Below, piece after piece: positions 56,836-64,000 of a DNA stretch of 64,000 bases (the first letter of the stretch is position 1; every line of letters begins with the position of its first letter). A model generated the notes under the pieces. It was not told the DNA's origin and did not search any database. It saw only the letters and a list, made by a program, of their open reading frames with translations. Made by a program: the position numbers and the translations under genes. The stretch spans positions 121,038-185,037 of the forward strand of contig MPNA01000003.1 of assembly GCA_002238785.1 (NCBI GenBank), in the 5' to 3' direction. This DNA comes from a bacterium OM1 bin76. Its GTDB lineage: Bacteria; Actinomycetota; Acidimicrobiia; Spongiisociales; ZC4RG35.

Positions 56836-58299
56836 GTGCTGAGTCTTCTCACTGACTTTGTTGAGGAGTTGAGAACCGCCGGGGTCCCCGTCTCCATGGT
56901 GGAAACGATCGACGCCACCGAGGCCCTGGCAGTGATCGACCTGGCCGACCGGTCGGCCCTTAAGACAGCTTTGGGCGCCACCATGGTGAAGTCCGCCCGA
57001 CACCTGGAAGCCTTCGACACCGCATTCGAGGTGTTCTTCGCTCTCGACCGTCCGCCACCTCCCCAGGAGAGTCAGTCTTCCCCGGTCCTGCCATCGGAGG
57101 CTTCCTCGGAGGGTGGGTCTGCAGGTGGAGGGGCATCACTGGCCGAAGCCCTCGCCGCCGCGCTGGGGAGTCAGGACTGGGGGGCGTTGAGCCGGTTGGT
57201 GGAACAGGCTGTGGAGGAGTTGGCCGGCATGACTTCCGGCCGCCCCGTGGGAGGGGCCTACTACCTGTATCGCACCCTGCGCCGTCTCGACCTCGACTTG
57301 ATGAGGGAGATGCTGGTGGAGATGATGGAGATGGAAGGCTCCCATCCCGGCATCGGTGAGGATGCGCTGGCGGAACGTCTCCGCTCCGAACAGGTCGACG
57401 ACCTCCTGGAGCGATTGAGAAGAGAATTGATGGCCGAAATCCGTCGGCGATTAGTTGCCGACCGAGGTCGACAGCCCGTGGCCGCCACCTTGCGCTCTCC
57501 GCCACTGGAAGAAGTCGATCTCATGCACGCCTCAGAGTCGCAACTGCGCCGGATCGAAGAGTTGATCGGGCCGCTCACCCGCAAGTTGGCGGCCCGTCTG
57601 GCCCGCCGCGACCTGCACCGGCATCGGGGCCGTCTGGACTTTCGCCGTACCGTCAGGGCTTCTCTTGGCACCGGTGGCGTTCCTCTGGACTTGCGTTTTC
57701 GATCCTTGCGGCGGTTTCGTCCTGAGATTTTCCTGCTTTGCGATGTGTCCGGATCCATGGCGACCTTCGCCCGTTTCACTCTCCAGTTCACCTACGCCAT
57801 GTCGGCGCGGTTTTCTGGTTTGCGGGCCTTTGCCTTCGTGGACGGGGTGGATGAGATTACCCATCTGCTCTCTCCGGGCCTGCGTTTTGGGGATGTGGCC
57901 CAGCGGATCTTTGCGGAGGCCGAGGTAGTGGAGTTGGACGGCCATTCCGACTACGGAAACGCCCTATCGCGGTTTTCGGACCGCTACGCCGGCGAACTCA
58001 CCGCCCGGTCCACGGTGATCATCGCCGGCGATGCCCGCAATAACTACCGTGACTTTGATGCGCAACCTCTGGCGAGGGCGGCCGATACCGCCGAAGCCAT
58101 CTACTGGTTGAATCCCGAGCCTCGAGCCTATTGGAACACCGGCGACTCGCTGATGGCCCGGATGGGCGCCTTTTGCGCCGAGGTGTACGAGGTGAGGAAC
58201 CTCTCCCAATTGGAGCATTTCGTGGAGGAACTTGCCGACCACCGGCGTCGCCCGCCCGCCCGGCGGATCAGACCGTCAGTTGCCCCAAGCGTTCGATAA
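56836..58299 (+). CDS. VWA domain protein (CoxE-like), partner of the MoxR ATPase
   Basis: GRLDFRRTVRASL..GG.P, MIDAS CDVSGSM, GHSDYG, GDARNN, WLNPE. Confidence 0.9.
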   Translation: MLSLLTDFVEELRTAGVPVSMVETIDATEALAVIDLADRSALKTALGATMVKSARHLEAFDTAFEVFFALDRPPPPQESQSSPVLPSEASSEGGSAGGGASLAEALAAALGSQDWGALSRLVEQAVEELAGMTSGRPVGGAYYLYRTLRRLDLDLMREMLVEMMEMEGSHPGIGEDALAERLRSEQVDDLLERLRRELMAEIRRRLVADRGRQPVAATLRSPPLEEVDLMHASESQLRRIEELIGPLTRKLAARLARRDLHRHRGRLDFRRTVRASLGTGGVPLDLRFRSLRRFRPEIFLLCDVSGSMATFARFTLQFTYAMSARFSGLRAFAFVDGVDEITHLLSPGLRFGDVAQRIFAEAEVVELDGHSDYGNALSRFSDRYAGELTARSTVIIAGDARNNYRDFDAQPLARAADTAEAIYWLNPEPRAYWNTGDSLMARMGAFCAEVYEVRNLSQLEHFVEELADHRRRPPARRIRPSVAPSVR

Positions 58300-59281
58300 G
58301 GTCGACCACCCGATTCGAATACCCCCATTCGTTGTCATACCAGGCCAGGACCTTCACCAGGTTGGCGCCGAGCACCGCAGTGCCGCCGGCGTCGAACACG
58401 CTGGAATGCGGGTTTCCGATTATGTCGGAGGAGACCACGGGCGCCTCGGTGTATTGGACTATCCCGGCAAACCGGCCGGCGGCCTCGGCGCGGACCGCTT
58501 CGTTGACCTGCTGAGCGGTGACTTCCTCGGAGAGTTCCACCACCAGGTCCACTATGGATCCGTCGGCCACCGGAACCCGCATGGCCATTCCGTCCAACTT
58601 GCCCTCCAACTCGGGAAGGACCTTCCCCACCGCTCTGGCTGCCCCGGTGGTGGTGGGAATGATGTTCTCGGTGGCCGCTCGGCTGCGCCTCAGGTCGGCG
58701 TGGGGGACGTCGGCCAATCGCTGATCGTTGGTGTAGGCATGGACGGTGGTCATCAGTCCCCGTTCGATCCGGTAGTGATCATTGAGGATCTTGGCGACAG
58801 GGGCCAGGCAATTGGTTGTGCATGAGGCGTTGGAGATGAGGGTGGCGTCCGGCCCCAGCAGGTGATCGTTCACTCCCAGGACCACAGTCAGGTCCAAGGG
58901 GTCCTTGGGTGGCACGGTGAGAACCACTCGCCCTGCTCCGGCCTCCAGGTGCTTGGTCAAGGCAGCCCGGGTCCGGAATACCCCGGTGGACTCCACCACC
59001 ACATCAACCCCTAGTTCGTCCCATGGCAACTTGGAGGGGTCCCGTTCGCACAGCATGTGGATCTGATAACCGCGAACCTCCATCACGCCGTCTGACAGCG
59101 TCACCTTCTCTTCAAGCGGTCCCATCACAGAGTCATAACGCAGCAGATAGGCGAGTACGTCATCGTCGGCGAGATCGTTGACCGCCACCACCTCCAGGTC
59201 CGGCAGATCCCGCTCGATCAGAATGCGCAGCACCGACCGTCCGATCCGGCCGAACCCGTTGATCGCCACCTTGAACTTCAT
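58268..59281 (-). CDS. gap: Type I glyceraldehyde-3-phosphate dehydrogenase (intact)
   Basis: INGFGRIGR, SNASCTTNC, TVHAYT, NIIPTTTGA, AMRVP, WYDNEWGY. Confidence 0.96.
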   Translation of the reverse strand: MKFKVAINGFGRIGRSVLRILIERDLPDLEVVAVNDLADDDVLAYLLRYDSVMGPLEEKVTLSDGVMEVRGYQIHMLCERDPSKLPWDELGVDVVVESTGVFRTRAALTKHLEAGAGRVVLTVPPKDPLDLTVVLGVNDHLLGPDATLISNASCTTNCLAPVAKILNDHYRIERGLMTTVHAYTNDQRLADVPHADLRRSRAATENIIPTTTGAARAVGKVLPELEGKLDGMAMRVPVADGSIVDLVVELSEEVTAQQVNEAVRAEAAGRFAGIVQYTEAPVVSSDIIGNPHSSVFDAGGTAVLGANLVKVLAWYDNEWGYSNRVVDLIERLGQLTV

Positions 59282-60285
59282 GAACCACTCATCCTCTCCA
59301 GCACCTCCACGATGCGTGCTGAATACCCCCACCCGTTGTTGTACCAGGTCACGGTCTTGGTTAGATAATCGCCCATCACCATGGTGGCCAGGCTGTCAAA
59401 CACCGCCGACTCGGAGGCCCCGGTGACGTCGGAAGACACGATGGGATCCGTGGAATACTCGACGATTCCCCGGTAGTGGGTCTGGCAAGCTTGGCGGATT
59501 GCCCGGTTTACCTGCTCGACGTCCACGGGGGTCTCCAATTCGGTCACCAGGTCCACTGTTGAGCCGTCCACTACGGGGACGTTCAGTGCCAGGGAACTCA
59601 ACTTCCCGGCGAACTCCGGCCGAGCCGCCACCAGTATCTCAGTGGTGTTGGTGGGGGAGGGGATGATGTTGTCTGCCGCTGCACGGCTCGAGCGGAAACC
59701 GGAAGTAGGCACGTCGGCCAACCGCTGGGCATTGGTCATGGCATGGACACTGGTAAAGAACCCTCGCCGCAATCCGAAGTTGTCGGCCAAGGTCCACAGC
59801 ACAGGAGCGAGAGCGTTGGAGGTGTTGGAACCGAGGGCGATCACCTCGGTGTCGGGTTGGAGGAGTTGATCGTTCACTCCCCGCAGAAGAATGGGAATCT
59901 CCCCCAGGACCTGGGGTGTCGAGGCCAGAACGACCCCCCGTGCCCCGGCGGCGATGTGACGTCGGCACTCCTCTTTGGTGTGGTGGCGTCCGGTGGACTG
60001 AACCACGAGGGAGACTCCGAAGTCCCTCCAGGCTGCATCGCCGGCGTCCTGGGCGGCGATGAGAGGCGTCGACTGGTTACCCACCAAGAGGGAACCGTCC
60101 CGGTAAACCACCGGTTCGGGGTACCTGCCGTATATGGAGTCATATTTCAGCAGATAGGCCAAGCCCACCGGGTCGGCCACGTCGGCCACGGCGCCAACTT
60201 CCAGGAAGGGATGACCTCTCAACATCCGGAAGAGGTTGCGGCCAACCCTGCCGAACCCCATCAGGGCTACTCTTGTTTTCTTCAA
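59278..60285 (-). CDS. GAPDH paralogue lacking the catalytic cysteine
   Basis: GFGRVGR, YDS, STG, GVN, NIIP, WY.N.WGYS conserved, but GSNTSNA replaces ASCTTNC; TTG start with GAGGGAAG RBS. Confidence 0.88.
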   Translation of the reverse strand: MKKTRVALMGFGRVGRNLFRMLRGHPFLEVGAVADVADPVGLAYLLKYDSIYGRYPEPVVYRDGSLLVGNQSTPLIAAQDAGDAAWRDFGVSLVVQSTGRHHTKEECRRHIAAGARGVVLASTPQVLGEIPILLRGVNDQLLQPDTEVIALGSNTSNALAPVLWTLADNFGLRRGFFTSVHAMTNAQRLADVPTSGFRSSRAAADNIIPSPTNTTEILVAARPEFAGKLSSLALNVPVVDGSTVDLVTELETPVDVEQVNRAIRQACQTHYRGIVEYSTDPIVSSDVTGASESAVFDSLATMVMGDYLTKTVTWYNNGWGYSARIVEVLERMSGS

Positions 60286-60426
60286 CGGCTTCCCTCTGCG
60301 TGGGCGTCTCCTGCCATCAGGAAAATTAGCCCATTCCTCAGTCAAACCGCAATCCGACTCTTGGCGGATCCGAAAGAAATTCCCCTGTGACGCTTGACAG
60401 TTCGCGGTTGCATTTCGCATTCTGTA

Positions 60427-60951
60427 ATGGTGAGAGGACTCCACCTTGGAACTGCCGGGCGGTGGGCGGTCGCCCTTGTGGTCTTCGGGATCGCGTTGAC
60501 AATCCCGACTTGGACCGTGGCGACCTGCTCCCTGTCCCTACGACCCCCAGTATCAGGAGAGGTTGTTCGCCCCTTTCAACCAACCCACCCCAGAGGCCAC
60601 TGGGGTGTGGATCTGGCGTCTTCTCCGGCCGCAGTGGTCCGGTCTCCGGCGGCGGGCAGGGTTACCTTCGCTGGAAGGGTGGCCGGAATGCAATCGGTGA
60701 CCATCGCTCTTCAGTCAAGGGTGAGGGTGAGCCTTTCGTATTTGTCTGAGATATGGGTGGTCCCCAATCAGCAGTTGGCGGTCCGACAGCCCCTGGGAAG
60801 GTCCGGCACGGATCACGGGCTTTCCGCGGTGCATCTGTCTGTGCGGGTGGCCGGGGAATACATCGATCCTCTCCCCTCGTTGGAATGTCGCCCACCATCC
60901 GTTCCAATTCGGGGTATCCTCAGGCTCCTGCCCGCCCGCTTTGGTGGCTAG
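60427..60951 (+). CDS. M23 family peptidase / murein hydrolase activator-like protein
   Basis: Signal/TM segment, GHWGVDL, V.SPA.G.V.FAG.V.G, VHLSVR..GEYIDPL. Confidence 0.82.
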   Translation: MVRGLHLGTAGRWAVALVVFGIALTIPTWTVATCSLSLRPPVSGEVVRPFQPTHPRGHWGVDLASSPAAVVRSPAAGRVTFAGRVAGMQSVTIALQSRVRVSLSYLSEIWVVPNQQLAVRQPLGRSGTDHGLSAVHLSVRVAGEYIDPLPSLECRPPSVPIRGILRLLPARFGG

Positions 60952-61019
60952 AACCAGTTCGGCTCCCGGTTCGGTCCCGGCCTCGAATCAACCTCCGTGA
61001 GGAGGCTAAGGTAGGCGGT

Positions 61020-61589
61020 GTGAGAAGGGCAGTGTTGGGCGGTACTTTCGATCCCCCCCACCTGGCTCACCTGGTGCTGGCGGAAGCAGCGTATCGCCAA
61101 CTGGGCGTCTCGGTGGTGGAACTCATACCCACCGGAAACCCGTGGTGGAAGTCATCTCCTTCCCCTTCTGCGGCGCATCACCGATTGGAGATGGTCAGGA
61201 GGGCCGCGGCGGGGGTCCCCTATTGGACGGTCAACGATTGCGAAGTGCGCAGGGAAGGCGCCAGCTACATGGTGGACACTTTGCAGACTTTCGCGCCCAC
61301 CGACGAGATATACCTGGTTCTGGGCGCCGACGCCGCCATGGGGATCCGCAGTTGGATGCGCTGGCAAGAGGTGGTGGAACGGGTCCGCCTGGTGGTGGCC
61401 GCCCGGCCGGGAACCGACCTCGCCAAGGTCGAGGAAGCCGTGGGTCATGCACCTGCCTGGCTGCAGATCCCCCGACTTGACATAAGCTCCGAGCAGATTC
61501 GGCGTCTATGTAGGTCCGGTCAGAGCATCCGGTTCCTGGTCCCGGAACCGGTGCTGGAATACATCCGGGAAAATCGGCTCTACGGGTAG
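61020..61589 (+). CDS. nadD: Nicotinate-nucleotide adenylyltransferase
   Basis: LGGTFDPPHLAH, SYMVDTL, LGAD, W..W, DISS..IR. Confidence 0.94.
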   Translation: MRRAVLGGTFDPPHLAHLVLAEAAYRQLGVSVVELIPTGNPWWKSSPSPSAAHHRLEMVRRAAAGVPYWTVNDCEVRREGASYMVDTLQTFAPTDEIYLVLGADAAMGIRSWMRWQEVVERVRLVVAARPGTDLAKVEEAVGHAPAWLQIPRLDISSEQIRRLCRSGQSIRFLVPEPVLEYIRENRLYG

Positions 61590-61593
61590 GGCG

Positions 61594-62019
61594 ATGGCTT
61601 ATGATGAGGGGCATATCCGATCCTCAGGAGGTGGTTTAGTAAAGACTCTGGAATCTGCTCGGTTCGCAGCCGATGTGCTGGCGGAGAAGAACGCCTCTGA
61701 CATCGTGTTGCTCGAGGTGGGAGAGGCGATGGGCATCACCGACGTATTCGTGATCGCCACCGGTCGTTCCCGGCCCCACATACAGAGTCTTGTCGAGGAA
61801 TTGAAGAAACGCTTTCGGGAGCAAGGCCGTCAGCGTTCGGGAGAGGAGGGGCTGACCGAAGCGGAGTGGGTATTGTTGGATTACGGTGACTTCATAGTGC
61901 ACATCTTTTCTTCCGACCACCGCCTCTATTACGGGTTGGAGCGGCTGTGGGGCGATGCGCCCCAAGTTTCCTGGACCGCTCCCGCAACCCAAACCGCATC
62001 CGAACTCACATCGGCCTGA
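61594..62019 (+). CDS. rsfS: Ribosome silencing factor
   Basis: EK.A.DI, DVFVIATG, W.LLDYGD.IVH.F, Y.LERLW.DAP. Confidence 0.94.
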   Translation: MAYDEGHIRSSGGGLVKTLESARFAADVLAEKNASDIVLLEVGEAMGITDVFVIATGRSRPHIQSLVEELKKRFREQGRQRSGEEGLTEAEWVLLDYGDFIVHIFSSDHRLYYGLERLWGDAPQVSWTAPATQTASELTSA

Positions 62020-62021
62020 TC

Positions 62022-62027
62022 TATAAT
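62022..62027 (+). promoter_or_regulatory. -10 box (TATAAT) of the tRNA-Ala promoter
   Basis: Consensus TATAAT 11 nt upstream of the mature tRNA 5' end. Confidence 0.55.
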
Positions 62028-62038
62028 CCAAGAAGCCG

Positions 62039-62112
62039 GGGGCTGTAGCTCAGCTTGGAAGAGCGCTTGCATGGCATGCAAGAGGTCACGGGTTCAAGTC
62101 CCGTCAGCTCCA
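62039..62112 (+). tRNA. tRNA-Ala(GGC)
   Basis: GGGGCTG...CAGCTCC-A with G3:U70 pair, anticodon loop ATGGCAT. Confidence 0.95.
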
Positions 62113-62320
62113 CAGGAACAGGGGTATCTACCTGGGGTGTCTTGTTGGGTTACTACGTTGGCTATGTTCTCTTGGCAGTTGGGTTGGATTGTCATCGGAG
62201 AATCGCGGAGTTGGTGGATAGGGTTATGTCTCGAGAGTTTAGGGTCAGAAGTGATCGATTGGGCGTTTGTTGGTGGTTGGGGGAATCGCCGTATCTTGTT
62301 GTGAGGGTTCCTGTCGGGTG

Positions 62321-63499
62321 TCAGATGCCTAGGTATTCGGCCCAATCGCACATGACGTCGATCCTCTCTTGGTAGTGACGGGTTCGGTAGTACGGGTCGT
62401 CTTTTCCGTGGGCTAGGGCAGCTTTCGCCACTCGCCTTTTCACGTCCTCTTTAGCGGCCCAGTCCGTGAAGGTTGATCGTATCCCGTGGACGGTGGCGTC
62501 GTGGAATCCGTTTTCGTGGAGCAGTTTGAGGAGGCTGCTGGATCCCATGATCTTTCCGGTGGGTGATGGGAACACCAGTCCTGTGATCCCGTCTGAGAGT
62601 CCGAGGGCGCGTGTGAGTCTTTCGGTTTCTTTGAGGATCCGCAGGGCTGCTCCGCTGAGCGGCACGCGATGTTGCTTGTCGCTTTTGGTGTTGTGGGCTG
62701 GTATTGTCCATTCCTTTTCGAGACGGTCTATCTGGTCCCATGTCGCTTTTCGGACTTCGCCGCTTCTGGCCGCTGTGAGGGTGAGGAATATCAACGCGTT
62801 GACGGCGATCCGGTAGGTGTCGTTGGTTGCCTCGATGATCTTGATGGCCTCCTTCACCTGGCTGGTAGAGAGGGCGTTGTGGTGTTGCGGTCGGTGTCTG
62901 ACCTTTCCCAGCAGTTTTATGGCTCTTGGGGTGGGGTTGGACTCGATATAGGCTTTTCCTTCAGCCCTGTCCATGACGGCGCTGATCCGATACCGGAGTT
63001 TTCGAGCGGTCGGATGTTGGGTCCTCCATATGGGCTCTAACACGGCGTAGATGTGACGGTGGTCAATGGTGTCGATCTCCATGTCCCCGATGTGGGAATA
63101 GACATGGTTTTCGAAGCTGCTTTCCCAGTCTTGGCGGCTTCGGCTCCCTTCACGCCAGTCGGGAGAGCGAAACTGGATAGTGTCGGCGGTTACCTGGCGG
63201 AAGGTTGGGTGTTTGTCGGTTCTTGGGTCTCGGCCTTCTTCCACTGCCTGGTGGTAGGCGAGCGCCCGACGTCGGGCTTCGGACAGTTTGACTTTGGGGT
63301 AACTACCGAGTCCGCGGCTGGTGTATTTGCCGTTGATTTTGATCCGTACGCTCCAGGTCTTCGATAGCACACCTGGAGTCTTGGTTTCCTTGATGTAGAG
63401 GTTCAAACCGTACCCACCGGGACCGTAATAGTGTCGCCCTAGTTTGGGAGCGGTTTGGGCCAAGATCGACTCTAGGTTTATCGGTTCTCTCTTCTTCAT
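62321..63499 (-). CDS. Tyrosine integrase, P4-like with Arm-DNA-binding domain
   Basis: GL.L, W..R..ING....GLG.YP...L.EAR; TAARSGE, K, HRVPLS, HGIR, LAH...PYYR; GAAAGGA RBS. Confidence 0.92.
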   Translation of the reverse strand: MKKREPINLESILAQTAPKLGRHYYGPGGYGLNLYIKETKTPGVLSKTWSVRIKINGKYTSRGLGSYPKVKLSEARRRALAYHQAVEEGRDPRTDKHPTFRQVTADTIQFRSPDWREGSRSRQDWESSFENHVYSHIGDMEIDTIDHRHIYAVLEPIWRTQHPTARKLRYRISAVMDRAEGKAYIESNPTPRAIKLLGKVRHRPQHHNALSTSQVKEAIKIIEATNDTYRIAVNALIFLTLTAARSGEVRKATWDQIDRLEKEWTIPAHNTKSDKQHRVPLSGAALRILKETERLTRALGLSDGITGLVFPSPTGKIMGSSSLLKLLHENGFHDATVHGIRSTFTDWAAKEDVKRRVAKAALAHGKDDPYYRTRHYQERIDVMCDWAEYLGI

Positions 63500-63533
63500 G
63501 GTCGTTGGGTTCCTTTCTCTGTCATGTTGGGTT

Positions 63534-63565
63534 CGGGAGGAGCGATGTGGTGGGCGCTCCTCCCG
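63534..63565 (-). terminator. Hairpin between the two integrase genes
   Basis: CGGGAGGAGCG-10 nt-CGCTCCTCCCG perfect 11-bp stem. Confidence 0.45.
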
Positions 63566-63598
63566 TTCCCTGCGTTGTGCCACAGGCGATTCGTTTGG

Positions 63599-64000
63599 TC
63601 AGTTGGGAGACGTGGTTCCGGTTAGGTAGATGGCCCACATCTCCATGACCTCTCTTCTTGTTTCGAGCAGTTCGGTACCGATACCGGTTGCTCGGAGTCC
63701 TCTGGGCGTGTGAGCGAGGGCCTGTTCGGCGATGTGGTTGGGCACACCGGTTTCGGCGCACCAATCAAAGAACGAGGAGCGCATGCCGTGAGGGACACAG
63801 CCCACGTTGTTCTCGCGGCACAGCTTTGACAGGGTGCCGTCTGACAGGGGCCGTCCTGTGGGAGAGGGGAACACTAGCCCCACGCCGCCGGTGTGCTCCC
63901 AGGCTTCCTCCAAGACCGCGAGGGCTGCTTGGCTGAGAGGAACTCTGAACGCCTGCCCGGACTTCACCCTGTGGGCCGGGACAGTCCAGGTGGCGGTGTC
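63599..64000 (-). CDS. Second P4-like tyrosine integrase, C-terminal part only (5' end outside window); catalytic Tyr apparently absent
   Basis: WTVPAHRVKS..FRVPLS, LVFPSPTG, PHGMRSSF.DW.AE, AEQALAH, RR.VME.WA.YL. Confidence 0.85.
   Translation of the reverse strand, partial: DTATWTVPAHRVKSGQAFRVPLSQAALAVLEEAWEHTGGVGLVFPSPTGRPLSDGTLSKLCRENNVGCVPHGMRSSFFDWCAETGVPNHIAEQALAHTPRGLRATGIGTELLETRREVMEMWAIYLTGTTSPN

Larger units (their letters stand above)
62113..64000. mobile_element. Left end of a putative integrative element / genomic island at tRNA-Ala(GGC)
   Basis: Abrupt shift to GT-rich, lower-GC sequence right after the tRNA 3' end, followed by two integrase genes; the other boundary lies outside the window. 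Confidence 0.75.

Overview
High-GC (~60-65% by eye) bacterial chromosome segment. Gene content and order suggest Actinomycetota, probably Acidimicrobiia-like (inference). Mostly core genome: trmD-rplS-lepB-yraN, comM-dprA-xerC, rpsB-tsf-pyrH-frr-cdsA-rseP-ispG, FO/F420 synthase genes cofG/cofH, pyrB-E2-aceB-maeB, a five-tRNA cluster, tig-clpP-clpX-valS-folC-tRNA-ndk-mreBCD-mrdA-rodA-rne-rplU-rpmA-obgE-proB, trkAH, moxR/VWA, two tandem gap homologues, nadD-rsfS and tRNA-Ala. The edge of an integrative element with two tandem tyrosine integrases follows tRNA-Ala. Most notable: (1) a GAPDH paralogue lacking the catalytic Cys, translationally coupled to an intact GAPDH; (2) a Gly/Glu/His-rich triple-repeat lipoprotein with a two-component system beside tRNA-Lys; (3) a CofH with an apparently degenerate CofG-like N-terminal domain next to an intact CofG; (4) a tandem integrase pair in which one copy lacks the catalytic Tyr; (5) an xerC frameshift exactly explained by loss of one 13-bp tandem repeat unit; (6) several strongly base-paired intergenic regions that may be uncharacterised RNAs. 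No CRISPR array or rRNA was seen. All calls are by motif recognition; no database searches were run.
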